DNA from: Nageia nagi
Taxonomy: Eukaryota; Plantae; Pinophyta
Reading direction: 5' to 3'
Assembly (NCBI GenBank): GCA_050084985.1
Contig: JBITNC010000001.1
Span: 121,086,001-121,150,000 of the forward strand
Length of the DNA stretch: 64,000 bases
Shown: in pieces, positions 50,950 to 64,000 of the stretch
Position numbering within the stretch: position 1 is the first letter of the stretch
Layout: every line of letters begins with the position of its first letter
Position numbers and translations under genes: made by a program
The notes under the pieces: model-generated
Databases searched by the model: none
The model's input: only the letters and a program-made list of their open reading frames with translations
What the model was told of the DNA's origin: nothing

Positions 50950-51991
50950 CTAAATAAAGGCTTTGTAGAGTGTCTCACTGATTGAAGTCAAAGGGGTCGC
51001 TGAGGATCTTTGAGTCACACTGAGGAATATGAAGCTTGTATGGTGTGAAGTCCAATTGTTGGATTATATGTGACCTCGGGAACCGACACCAACAACATCC
51101 CTATGTTGCTAGGTCATTCGAAAATGCAAAGGCCCAAGAAGGGAGCCTATCGACATTGCACTTTATGGCTAAGAGACTTTACAACCGGCGAAGGAAAAGC
51201 ACTAATGCTGCAAGAGCACACACCTTTAGAGGAGATATTCTTGGCAAAGAAAATGTTAATAATTGGAATAATCTGTGTGAAAACTACATGCATCCTAATA
51301 TTGTAATTCATCCTCCATATGCAAGCTTTCAAGTTTGATGAAAAGGTGCTTAATAGTAGGCTCTTGATCAATGTTAATAGTTTATGCTTCTTGTTAGCAA
51401 GTTAAAGTGGCATTGATCAAATTCACGAACTAGCGATCCCTAGTACTAACCCTGAAAGTTCAATATGGATTTCATGTGTACCTATATCCCTTGGAACTTC
51501 TTTCGCATTCTAAGCATACGAATAATTTTTTTAAGTGTATTATTCTTGCTGCAAGTCACTGTACATGCATGCACAGTGTAGATGGTGCATGTAACAGCTT
51601 TCATCAACAACAATGCTTAATCTGAGCAAGTTATACCGAGCATGTGAGTTTCATTTCAAGAAAAATATTGTCAGCTCTTGTACAAGTCATCTTTTTTTGA
51701 GGTGGCCATTCTATAATTGCTTATTTATGGGTATGTGGGAGGTCCACAACAAAATTCTTTACAGTAACTTACTTGGTCTTATTTTTACACTCAATTGCTA
51801 GAAGTCTTTTTCTTCCATGAATAGGCATGTTTGCTGAGAGAGTATTTACTGAAAGATTATAAACGTGTTTTACTCTTTGGTCATCAGTTGCTATATAGAG
51901 GCTCTATTATTGAAATAGTTTCTGATATGCTATTGCTATTTTGTATAGTCTTTCTCCTCATTACCGAGTTGCTTATATTTTATTATTTCAG

Positions 51992-52073
51992 CTATTTGCA
52001 GGAGACAATGATGAAGAGGATTTATCAGATAACTTCATTGTAAAGACTTGCAAGAATTTCATTCCAGTGACAT
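51992..52073 (+). CDS. TERC: TerC-family protein, internal exon after a 17.5-kb intron
   Basis: Pyrimidine tract + cag|CTA TTT... translates LFAGDNDEEDLSDNFIVKTCKNFIPVT(x)|gt. This matches the plant TerC 'DLSDNFIVKTC..FIPVT' segment that follows the previous exon. Confidence 0.93.
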
Positions 52074-52534
52074 GTAACTTCTCTTCCACAAACTGCATTA
52101 TGTAGTCACAAACTTTCATAAAGTGTTCATGCAGAGCAGCTGCATATTTGTATTGTGCATTTCAAATGTTTCAGTTATAGCTGAATTCTACTCTTGTATT
52201 AGAGTAGTATGGAATTTTGTTTTTGTAGGGAAACATATTTCTAGCACAGAACAATATAAGAGAAGGTTTATATTTTTCATTTTTTGTGTTTCCTTTTGAG
52301 TGTAGAATATAAGAGAAGGTCTATATGGCTGCTACCTCAGATAAACCATGTCTCCTTCCTCAAACGTATGCTCAGTCCTTTGCTGGTCTGCATATCTCTT
52401 TTGTTGATTTTGGGCCAGCCGTATATTCTCTTTTAGGGCCTTCATGATGTCTTGATTGTCTTGCAAAAAGTCGTTGGCGTTTGGAACCTTGCTATCCCTG
52501 AAAATCATATCAACACAGTTGGGTGCCTCATATC

Positions 52535-55500
52535 CATAGTTAAAAAAATCGGAATTGAATCGGAATCATTTGGTTGCAAGATTCTGATTTTTTGAAAAAT
52601 CGGATAAAATCGGCAAAAAAAGGGATAAAATCAGCATGGAGAAAAAATGAAGGAATTTCTCCTATTTGATATTAAAACAAATCAGTTTTAGCTAAATCTG
52701 AATATCGCACATCAAATAGACAACCTTCCATATAGAATAACACATAAAATATCCAACATTGCATATCAAAGAAATTGTAGAGTTCAATATTACATATCGA
52801 ATGTCAAATGTCAAGGATCAAAAACATTAAAGATTTTCAATGTGACATAACAAAATCTGAATCACAAGATCAAAACATTCATCTAGTGACTGCTACTACA
52901 ACATTGCTATGAGTTATCTCATGTTTTGCCTTCCAATCTCTCTTTTGCAACCCTAGACCTAGTTGTTATTAGAAGTTCATCATCATCAGTATCATCTTCA
53001 AAAGCATCTCCTCTATGTGATGGTCCTTGCTGCTAATGTACCCCCTTAGGCCCTTTTTGCTTCCGTTGCCACCCTTTCAACTTCTCTCCCATTGCAAGAT
53101 CTTGTTCTTTCATCTTTTGATACTGTCAAAGGTGAAATCAAAATCATGAGGCTGTAAAATCAAAATGCATTGCCCAACAAAAGTTGATAAAATATATTCA
53201 AAATCAAGTTCAATAGCTAATCTATAAGTTGAAAATTGAAATCAAAATCCTAACCTCTTCTGGCACATCCTTCAACCATGAAGCCTCAACATCACTTGCA
53301 TCAATCTCATCCAACTCTATTGCGTCATTACTTGTTCCTTTCAATTTGTCTATGAGGAGGCGAAGGCTGTAATGCACAAAAACCAAATCATTCAAGCGCT
53401 TATAGGTAAACCTATTGCGCTTCTTTGAATGAATTTGCTCAAAAGTGCTCCAGTTTCGCTCGCACCCAGAAGAACTAGCTGGTTGGGATAAGATTTTTAT
53501 GGCCATTTTTTGAAGATTTGGTGTATTACCGCCATAATCCTCCCACCATATATCTAAAAAAAAACAGCAGGAAAAACAAATAAGATATGCATTTTTCAAG
53601 ATGTTATTAATTGGGCAATTCACTTTAAAAAGATTGAAAATGCATTTTGTTACTTGGAGCTAGAGTTGCCTTTGATTCTATACATTCTGGGGATGAGAAC
53701 AAGTAGCCTTATGTTTCTTGTAATCTTGAAGCTTACTCTGAAAATTTTGATCCTAATCTCCTTATCTGGCACCAAACGGTTAATAGCCTTGTGGAGACCT
53801 ACAAAATTTAAATGCCCATCAAAATCCAACATATTCAAATCAATAGGTTAAGTTAAAAATTGAAGGCAAAATCCTCAAAGTTGTATTAATATTTACTAGT
53901 GGATACCTGCGTTAATCTCCCCATTGAATGGATCAAAATTGTTAAATAGAAGAACTTGGGGTTCAAGTAAATCCCCACTCCATGTAGAGGCTTATGCAAT
54001 TGAGTATTCCACCTACGATAAACCATGTTCCAAATGTATTGAAATCTTGATGCTTAATAATCGAAAAAAGCAGATATGGCCTCCTTTGTTTTATCTATCG
54101 CCTCATAGATGTACCCATGGATGGCTTCTTTGAGTCCACAAGGCGAAGCGCCCTCACTAAGGGCTCTATAATCTCAAAGTGAATTATCAATTATACAACT
54201 AAATTAATAACAATTTTAATGAATTAAATTTAATCAATTCAATATAGAATGATTAGGAATTTCGGACAGTAGAAAAGTGAAAAAGTTGAAAATTGAAAAT
54301 AGAATTATACCCTCAAAATCTGAAGTGCATCTGTTCAATAATCATCATCAAAGATACAATTAACAATATTCTTGTCCTCTGGTTCACTGCATATTTCGAA
54401 TCCATCTATTTGTTGCTCACAAACATTTGTTTCAATGCAATTCGAGTATTATAAATACTCTGCAATGTAAGAAATGATATTACAAATCGTGTAGTGGCTG
54501 CATGCAAAATTCATAAATTTAATTTAATGAAAATTAAAAAAAAAAGAATATAAAACAATAATAAATGCAATAAATTGAAAGTTGGGAAATAACAAAAAAT
54601 TTACCAAGACGTATTAAACCCTTTCCATTTGTGAAATTTGTCCTCATCAAATGGAGGACCCAAGCATGATTGTAGATATATTTGGTGATATTTTTTGTTG
54701 TTTCCATAACCTCTTTGATCCAATCTACGCTTGCAATGCCCTCAAGAAGTAAGTCGATGACATGTGCAGCAAAGGAGTCCAAAAAATGGTAGGGTATTCT
54801 TTCTCAATCCTCTCCTTGCTTTAACGTATGCAGAAGCGTTATCCGTGATAACCTATAGTGTGCACAACATCAAATTTAAAGTTAAGTTTTAAACTTAGAT
54901 TGATTACATTTTAATTATTAAAAATTTAAATAAAAAAATGATAACATGCACAAAATAAATAAAACAAAATAGATAGATAATAATAAATATACCTGCACAA
55001 CCTTCTCAGCCCCCACCTCCTCGATGACTATTTGCAGCTGCCCAAATGAATAATCATATTTTTTATTTCACCTAATGCATCCACTGACTTCAAGAATACC
55101 AGACCTCTGAAGAAGCAGTCAAAAAGTTTAACAAAGTTCTCCCTCATGTATTGGTCCAACCATCGCTAAGAATGTTGCAACCCTTTCTTCTCCAAATCTT
55201 CTTCTGCTCATCAATAACCCTTTTTGCAATCTAAAACAGCTACATCCAGCATAGGACCTCTCAAATCACTATAAGTTGGTGCTTTGAATTGAACACCACA
55301 AGCAGCAATAGCTCTAACCATGTACTCCTAATATGGCGAGTTCGCAACATTGAAGGAAAATTAGAGTAATTCCAGAAATTTGCAATTGCTTTTTTGGCTT
55401 CCTCAAACTTATCTTTATTCTATGATTGATTAAGTGTGGTTTGGCCACCATTAGGTGCAAAAAAATCACACCTCATTGCACTACTAGAGCTTGCTGGATT

Positions 55501-56413
55501 TCTCATCTTACTGGTGGGGGTTTGCTCTGTTGTTGCAACTATTGCACTACCACTAGCACTGCCCTCTTCAAAGAAATGGCTCTGGGTAGAACCTACCCTG
55601 GAAACCCTGGAGGTGGAGGTGGAGGGGGAGTTGGTAGAAACCCTTTGGCAATTTTTGATTTTGTTCTTTTCTTTGCTTGCTTCTTTGCTGCCTTGACTTC
55701 TATGATGGTAACCATTTGCCTCTGAACATCTTGATCCACCTTAGGGCAAGGTATAGCATTATTTCCAACCATTCTTGCTAAGTGAAATTTCATTCTGTAA
55801 ATACCTCCACCAATAGGTTCCCTACAAAAATTGCAAATAAGAGTGCTTGCTGTTACAGTCTTTGTGACATATGGCCAAGCAACATCTATCCTATCTTTCC
55901 TACGGTTGAAGAACTCATACTTGCAGCTGCAAAAACAAACAATAAAAAAAAACAAATAGCTGAAGCCTTGAAGAGAATAAAAAATACCCATCAAAACTCA
56001 CAAAGCGTTGGAAATTTGGAAACTTACTTGGAATCTCTTCAAATTTGTTGAAAATGGCGTTGGCTCAGCTCCTCTTAGCTCCTCTCAACTTCTCTTAGCT
56101 TTAGAATGCAAAAGAAAATGAAATGATTGAGTTTTTTGGTGACTTAAACCCCTTTACCTGCGCCCAAGACGGCCAGATGATTTTTTGCTGATTTTTTTAT
56201 TGGGAATCGTAATTTTTTTCAGAATCAAATCGGCCAAAAAATCGGATTTAGTCCTAAAAAATCGTCGACCTCGAGATTTTTTTTCTAAAAAATTGCGAAT
56301 CGGAAAAAATCGAATAAACACTTTTTTGAAAAAAATCGGATTCGATTTGAATCAGATCGTTTGCTTGGCCGATTCGGATTTTACTCGATTCCGATTCGAT
56401 TTTTACAACTATG
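52535..56413 (-). mobile_element. hAT DNA transposon with a degenerate, intron-containing transposase
   Basis: 17-bp imperfect TIRs CATAGTTAAAAAAATCG / CATAGTTGTAAAAATCG and subterminal AATCGG/CCGATT repeats. BED finger (CNFC..GGGIYRMKFHLA..CP), DUF659-type motifs (LSDGWT, ITDNA, AAHVIDL) and hAT dimerisation domain (WW..YG..PNLQ..AIKILSQ..SSSGCERNWS). No 8-bp TSD. Confidence 0.92.
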
Positions 56414-59400
56414 AGTTAGGGATGTTCCCCCCTCTTCCTTCTAAGGACTAGGGCTGCCCTTAGCCTAGAAGTGGTCAATTTGCATTTACACTCACTTAGA
56501 GAGCTTGTGCCAAACTAGGGGAGCCGTCTAACCCTAGCGCTAGGATTTTGGAGCTATCTTGGGTCTTGCGCCAGCCTTTGGGAGTCTTGATTGAGTGTAT
56601 TTAAAGTCTTAAGCTTTGCCTTAGAATTTGTTACTGGCTTGTTACAACCCTATACTCACTCTTGGTCATTATTCGTATTATTCGGCTCTCATATTACTCT
56701 TCGAATGTGGATGAATGTTTTTGTATTTCTGCAATGCTATTATCATTCATTGAGTATTCTGGAGCTATATTTCTGTTATGTTACAGATCTAAAGTTGTGC
56801 CCTAGTTTGATCATTTTCACATGTATGAGCTTTATATCATATTTGGTTACTGCTGTTATAATTCAGCCTCGAGGGCATGTTTGAATGATGAATGAATATT
56901 TACTATTGTGTCCTAATTTATGAATGAATGTAGAATTATGCTGAAAAATTGTATAAAGAGTAGAAGAATACAATACATGTTAGTTACTGTTAAGTTATAA
57001 TCCTCATGGGTTATTAATTTAACATTTATATTACAGTAAGTCACATATTTACATGTGGCATTAGGAGGTTAAATAAGTTACATAGTTATTCAACTACATT
57101 ATACTTATACAACAAAATGGTCAATTATATATTGTACACCATTCTGATTCAGTAATTAATCATGGAGTTTACCCATGGTAGCAGAGCAAGGTGAGAAACT
57201 CCATGTCTAAGATTCTGTCTGTACTGTTGAAGAGAGAGTGTTTGGTTGTGGAGGAAGCATAATTTTGGTGCAGCAGTCATACGTGATTTTCCTTGACAGA
57301 CAGGAGTGTGGTCATTGCTTTGTTTTGTGACTATTTTTCCGTGGACGTAGACATTCTGCTGAGAGCCATAGTGGGTCCTCCTGACGTCGTGAACAACCTG
57401 TCCGTGGCCCCTTGCAACTCTTGCCAGCCAGTTAGCGTTTTGCTGTTCGTGGGTAATCCGTTTCGCAGTAATAGTTTCAGTTTCTGCTGTGTGTCTGCGG
57501 CTGCAACAGTCCTTTCTGCCGTCGCCATTACAAGGGACTCGTTAGAATCTGGAGGTGCCTGCTGTGGTTGTTTGGAAACCCTCCTTTTAAAATCCACATT
57601 TTTTTGAAGCACCCGCTGTCCGCTTCAGACCATCAACTGACGAATTTTTATTGAGTTTGCTGGAGACGGACCTGGAGGGTGTCATTTTCTTTGCTGAAAA
57701 TCTGTCTGTCGTTTTCACTGCGTGAGTAGAAGTCCTTGGAGGCTGACGTACTTGCTGCATGAAATACTTGGAAGGAGGGGACGTGACAAACCCTTTTTGC
57801 AGACGTTTTGAAATATGAAACCCTGTGCGTGCAAGGTGATTTGCTTGTTTCAGACGATTCTGCCGTGATAGATTGTGACCAGAAACCCCCTCCAACTTGG
57901 ACATGTGTCATTTTTTTTTAATGTTTGCAGCCGAAATCTGAACCTTCAACGCTTTTCAGTGCTATCGTGGCCCTTCATTCTGGTGGAAACTCTTTTTTTT
58001 TTCAGACAAAATCAGTCTCCAACTCGTTTTTCTGGATGCTCTCAAGGGTTTTTGCAGTGAGTGAAAATTCAGAGGCAGCATTTGATCCAATCCGGCCATT
58101 ACCATACCTTTATTGCGTTGAGCATTGCATTTGAAAGGTGCTACGACATGTTCGGATTCGATTTGGTGGAAATTTGCAGCTGCCGCCATTAAACTCCCAA
58201 AGCTTGAGACTTCACGACGTGCTTTGTGGCGCTTTTCGAACCCTAAAATCATTTCGGGCCGTTTGTTTTAATCTTTGCCCCCGCCACTTCCCTGTTTTGA
58301 ACGTCTTTATTTTCCACATATGGTATTGAGATTACATTTGGTCTTATAAGAGTTGATTAAAGATTAAATTTTTAAATCTTTTGAGAGTTTAATTTGGAGA
58401 TATAAGGTGTATTTTGAGTCATTTAATTATTTGCCGGTTAATATTGGAACTTTCCAATATTTGACATACATTTGCAAAGGAACTATATTTTTTGACGATT
58501 AAGGTTGGATAATGCGGACGGAAGGCTCCTACACTGTACTTATTAAATTTTTACAAACATGGGCTACTCATGAGTTTGATCGAGAGATTGAATTTTTTGG
58601 TTTAGATGGAGTTTTTCAAGTCCTAAAAAGATACGTGGAAGAATATCAATGTGATTTTTGAACCTCTTATTGGTGAGTCTCTTGATAAACCCATTGAAGA
58701 CGAAGCAGCTACTCATAGTGAAATGTCATCAAAGTTTTTCCCCCATAGCTAGAGGTTGAACTCATAGCTCTGACTAGTGACAACGAAGCCAAGTTTGAAC
58801 CAACTTCTACCTGAGAGCTAGTTGATGAAGACTCTCTACCATCTGAGTCAATTGGTGAATATACTCTTGCAAACCAACCACCAAAGACCATCATTGTCCG
58901 AGATGACGATCCACCATAATTAGTTGAACCTATAGTATATCTTGAAATTATGGAAATTGAACATCAGATTCATGAGGCAGTTGATCGCATGTTGATCGAC
59001 TTCAATCAATTTCCAAATTTTTGAGTAATGCTTTGTAACTTTTTTGTTCAGTTTTGTCTGATGAGCAAAGAAACTTTTTCAATAAAATAAAGCATTTGGT
59101 GTTTTTTGGCTAATAGTTTTTTTGTACAGAACAGTTTATAAAAGTTTTGCAACTTTTCTCAATATGCATTTCCTCGTCAACATAATTGGTATTATCTTAA
59201 TTGGCATGACCAATTGGTTCAAGTGGCATTGAAAATTGAAGTACAACCTCATCTTCAACGATTTTGTGATTGGTGTTTGTGATGGTGACACTACGCCTAT
59301 TAAACCAACCGATGCAAAAGAGTTGGTAATTTGGAACATTAAGAATTGTAAGGCGTATGCATTAATCACCACATCCATTAGCGAGGAGGTCAACAAAACA

Positions 59401-59912
59401 TCGCCTCCATAGACGATGCCTGGAGTGCTCTTAAAAAGTTGTGCGACTTATACAACTCACATTCTAAGTTGGAGCTCATTCAACCTCAGCTGAAGCTTTT
59501 CAACTTGAAATTACAAAAATGATCCCATGTCCCTTATTTATGAAATTAGAGCAATCATGCACGACATTGCTACCAAGGTGTCAAAATAGACATTGCTCTT
59601 GCAGCACTCATTAAGGCCCTGTATCCTACTTATTCAACCTTCCTCGAATCACTTCAAGCTAGTGGTCAGCTAAAGCATCTCATGTTTGATACTTTGGCTG
59701 AAAAGATTGTAGAGCGTAAAAAAGTGTTCGGGAAAAAGGTTAGTGATTCAACTTTTGACACAGTGTGCATCGCTTAGACCGAAAAGAGTGCATTTTTCAA
59801 TTCTTCTTGAGGTGAAAGCAGCAACAGAGGATGTGGTTGAAGAAACTCCAGAGGTAGGGGGTAGAAATCAAGGAGATCGTGGTGACAAGAGTGATCGGTC
59901 CCATCTTCATTG

Positions 59913-62900
59913 TGTTGTGTCTGCACAACACACCTCGAAATACAAGATTTTGGGGACCCTATTTTTACAAAGGCTATGAGGTACATTGCCTTGAGATTTG
60001 CAGTTGGCAACGAATAGTTCATTCTGAAGAGTGCAAACATAATATCAGGGAGCAATTCATGGAGATCATGTGATGAAGACCTTGAAGAGTATCAGAGCAT
60101 CCAGTCACCAATTTTGCATCCGAGGAGCCAGGATCTAGAGAGTTCACCAGTAAATCGGATATTTAGGTCTCAAATGGGATAGATGGAGATGGAGTCATTT
60201 TTCAGAGTTTGCCAAAGTTGGAATCAAAAAACACAGGTCAAAAGAGGACTCCATTTCAGACAAGTTTAGGCTTGGAATTTTCGAAATCCACCTAAAGATG
60301 CAAACATTATTCAAAGGAGGGGCTTTTGAAGGTTATTTCTCACAAACCACAAAATTACCATGCAAAATGTATCAAAAAGAGGAAAATCCATGAATCTTGA
60401 TGAAAAAATTTGAATTTTTTTTAGGCATGGGTGGATGCAAAATGGCATTTGGACCAACTTTGGTGTTCTAAAGTTTTTGAAAACATCAAGTTTTGGGCCT
60501 CAAAAAGTTAGGCGGCACTTTTGAGGGTGATTTGTGGAGAGAGAAAACTATGAAATCGCCTAAAATAACCACCCAAGAAAAAAGGGTGCAATTTTGAGCC
60601 AAAACAAAAATTTGATGACATGGTTGCATGGAAAATGGCATTTGGAGCAACTTTTGTATTTGAACTTTTGCAAAAAAATCAAGTTTTGGGTCTCAAAACC
60701 TTAGGAGGCACTTTTGGGAATAATTTCATTAAAAAACTCATGATTTCATAAAAAGACTCATGATTTCACAAAAAAAATTTAAATTTTGGGCAAAAATGAA
60801 AATTTTGGCAATCATGTGTAGAATGGTGAGGAGCATGCATCCCCCTTGAAATTTTTGAAAAAAATGAAAAAAAGAAAATGAAGATTTTGTGGCTAGGCGG
60901 CACTTTTGGAGAGGATTTATTTTGAAAAGGGAAAAAGGAAAGTTTTTTTGTCTCATTCAATGAGAGGTTGACAAGTGGCAAAATCCAAATTTTTGGCAAA
61001 AATGAAAATTTTGAGGATCATGTGTAGAATAGTGAAGAGCATCCATCCCCTTGGAATTTTTGAAAAAAAGTGAAATTTGAGTAAAAAATGACCATTTGAA
61101 CATTTTGGAGGAGGGGTTTTGAAAAAGCTTGAACCACTTCCACCTAGCCAATGTGAACATAGGTTTTTCGGAAAAAATCTCAAACTCAAAATAAAAAACA
61201 TGGGTGTTTGAGGAATACTAAACTAAGCATCTTTAACCTTGGAGGAATTGCCAAAAAAGCTAACATCCACACTTGCCATTGAGCTTATTGCCCAAAAACT
61301 CCAAATAACTAACAAAAAGGCTCAAAAATCCCAAATCTTGCTCAAAAGCTCCAAAATCCAAATCAAGCTCAAACACCTCCAAGATCTCCGCCCAATCTAT
61401 TCATGGCCGTATGAGATCCTTCTGGGCATTTTTAAAATTTTTATAAATCCCCCCCCCCCCCCCTCCTCCTTTCTCAGATTTTAGACCAAAAAATCCATTT
61501 ATCAGAAAATCCTCAAAAGCTTGCCAAGATCGCTAAATCAATGGTGGAATCCACATTTCAGCGGTGCTCAAAGATTTTGAAGGAGATCCAAAACAGGCTC
61601 AAAATCAACAAGATCCTTTGTAAAAGGATCAATTTTCATGTAAATAGATCTAAAGTGGTTAAAAGGATGAATGTTTTCTCCTACCACTTCAAATGTAATT
61701 TCATTTTAATTTGCATTTCAATTAGCCTAGATTAAAGTTAGGGCAACACCAAAAGTGAGCTCCAAAAGTCTATAAATAGACCATAGGGGTTCTCATTTTA
61801 GGGAGAATGTTCAAGTGAAGGACAAGGCCAAATTTCGTGAAAATCAAATTTTTTGTAATTGAGAAGCAAATTGATGTACATGTGCATAACTCTTTTGCAA
61901 CGTAATACAAATGGCTAAAACTTGATTCTAAGTGTGTTATCATCAATTGGAGTTGTGGATTGACCTTTTGAGAGCAAATTATCATAATTCAAATATTTTC
62001 GTGCCATATCCTTGAAAGCTCACGAGTTTTAGGAGAATTTCTTGCAAACTTTTCCAAAGTGTTTGAATTGTCCCAAATTGTTGCTAATCCATTGCTTTCA
62101 TGTATAAATACTTCGTATTCTGAATTGCCTTTCTTTTATGATATCAAACTAGACTACTTGTTCAAAACATGTTCGTCCTTGTGATCCACTCTAAGTTTCT
62201 TTGATTGTTTCGACAATCAGCTTTGCTTTACACTTCTCTTTGAAACGATTGGACTATAGTCATTTGTTTTCAAAGTTGGATGAATCGAACAAGACCTCTT
62301 AATTGATCCAAAAGAAAGAAAGTTTAGACAATGCTAGTATAGTGATAATCATTTTGAAATCCGATCAGTATCTACCTCATTCTCACCCTTTTCTTTTCTT
62401 TATTTTTACTTATTTTAAAATCCATAGCAACTGTGATGATCCAAAAATTAAATTCCCCTTCAAACTAACAATGCAGGATCATCAAACCTTGATGTCAGGT
62501 TTAGGGCATCAACATGCAACCATACAAACCCTCAATGCCAACATTAGGGTTAGAGTAACCAATAAGCATCACAACAAGATAATTATACCAATGCCTAGCA
62601 CATACTTGCGAATGGCAATGAACAATACATCATATTGCCAACGTCTAGCTCATACATGCACAATGAAGCATAAACAATCTAACGCATGCACAAGTATGGA
62701 ATACACAATACACAAATGAGATCCAATGCCCTCTAGCGTATATGAATGATAAGAATGACAATAATACAATACAAACCCTAATGGGCAATCGTTGGCCTCC
62801 TAGGAGCCAACTAGGGCACAATGTTTGATCTCTCCAATACAGGATGAACTATGGAACGTGGGATAGATCTATCACCTCAGATCTTGAGTCCTCTCCATTG

Positions 62901-63788
62901 ATGGAGCCCTCCTTGAACTCTGGCTAACTGACTGAACAGTAGAAGTAAACCGTCGGAATGCCACCGGGTGGGCAAAGGTGCTTCACCAATGCCGTAGATA
63001 ATCAAGATCCCAACGCTTGACTACCCTCTAGACGTTCTGCCTAGGAATGGTTGCTTAGCACCGCTAAGACTTGTGTCTAAAGGACTGTAGTAGAAGTGTA
63101 ATAATAATCAAGTGTGTCCAGTAATGAAGCTCCAATGTCTATTTATACATTATTATGTTTGGATCTCACCTATGAGTCATCCCAGACCCATCTAATCCAA
63201 CATTGGGCATTTGGGGGCCCAATCATTTAAAGTGCCAATGTGGGAGTCATGATTACTCATAATGCCAACGTGGGGGTCGTGTGCATAAATATACCTTAGG
63301 ATTCCCACAACCCGAGATCTTCAATACAATCAAATGCCTAATCTACTACTTAGGAGGGAGACGTCCCACTTGAGGCTCACAGTGGGGTCCATTGACCCAT
63401 TAAGTCTTCTATCCTAAGTTACAATTATAAAGTGTAAATACATGAATGAAGTATATTACAAAGAGGAACCTTTCTAACCCCACAATGAATTACAACTATT
63501 CAAAAGGGATATCACAACAACTTTCGAACTATTGCAAGATAGACACTCAGTCCCTGAAAAAACATGTTAACAGTTACTACCTCTACTACACCACTCAGTT
63601 GATTCCCAAACAAGACCTACACAATTTAAAGCTTGTATTAATGACACAAGCTTTCTGATAGAAACCTTAGGGTATCAGTCCTTACAAGAGGAGTTCAGTA
63701 ACGAGTTCTAACCCATTGTTGGGTTGCTTTCCCGTCTTGATTGTCTCGTGGCGATCGTTGAGGAAGAGGAAAGATTTCCTTCCCAACA
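59913..63788 (+). mobile_element. Large solo LTR (H, ~2.8 kb net) inserted in the copia zinc knuckle
   Basis: TGTTG..CAACA ends; perfect TSD CATTG (59908-59912 / 63789-63793); TATA CTATAAATA at 61770; degenerate internal repeats at ~60400-61150. Removing it restores the copia frame ..SHL-HCTRC. Confidence 0.9.
62432..63516 (-). mobile_element. Solo LTR (I) related to the chromovirus A/B/D LTRs
   Basis: TGTGAT..ATCACA ends; TSD GCAAC/ACAAC (1 mismatch); shares blocks with the LTRs at 401-1551 and 2071-3440; no PBS or PPT. Confidence 0.85.
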
Positions 63789-64000
63789 CATTGCACTCGA
63801 TGCAATCGAAGAGGTCATGAAGTCAGTACCTGTTGTACGCCTTGGGAGAAGATCAAATAATATAGAGAAAAGCGTGAACAACATAGTGATCAGAGTAAGA
63901 ACTCACTTTGTTACAATAGAATGTAACGTTGGTCTCAACGATCTGCTGAACACTTCATACGCATCTTGGGAGGATGCGTGGTTTCTTGACACTGGAGCCA

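Larger units (their letters stand above)
56978..64000 (+). mobile_element. Ty1/copia element (G), degenerate, continuing beyond the window
   Basis: Putative LTR ~56978-58319 (boundaries uncertain) and PBS-like TGGTATTGAG at 58321. Copia gag ~59165-59912 (KAYALITTSISEEV, LFNLKL) resumes at 63789 with a zinc knuckle HCTRCNRRGHEVSTC and the protease motif WFLDTGA. Confidence 0.8.

Noticed and set aside
47935-51400. Probable decayed TE fragments (LTR-like 49040-49820, short ORFs)
   Set aside because: No diagnostic domain, termini or TSD could be established by eye.
57293-58329. Cluster of 60-105 aa ORFs on both strands
   Set aside because: GC-richer part of the putative copia LTR; no recognisable protein motifs.
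1-64000. Antisense orientation bias of TEs relative to TERC
   Set aside because: About seven or eight minus versus five plus insertions; too few to support a bias.

Overview
Eukaryotic plant nuclear DNA, AT-rich and about 85-90% transposon-derived. The very large TE-filled introns suggest a gymnosperm-type giant genome (inference). The only host gene recognised is TERC (thylakoid TerC membrane protein): four small + strand exons at 33885-34515 and 51992-52073. They are separated by a 17.5-kb intron, and no further exons are visible for >33.8 kb upstream or >11.9 kb downstream. The introns hold nested LTR retrotransposons, most resolvable by TG..CA ends and 5-bp TSDs. These are a recent Athila-like Ty3/gypsy (3632-16887) inside a chromovirus (2071-21542), a solo LTR of the Athila-like family (25395-27133), two more chromoviruses (36577-47934, with 38720-44925 inside it), a Ty1/copia carrying two nested solo LTRs, and a degenerate hAT transposon. 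Two observations stand out. (1) An apparent ~6.6-kb solo LTR carries a ~1100-codon non-gag/pol ORF and an array of palindromic repeats; a second diverged copy and an ORF-less relative lie in the same window. (2) Three divergent chromoviruses all lack the aspartic protease at the same junction, and two also lack the Gag capsid core, yet all keep RT-RNaseH-integrase-chromodomain. All alignments were made by eye; no database searches were run.
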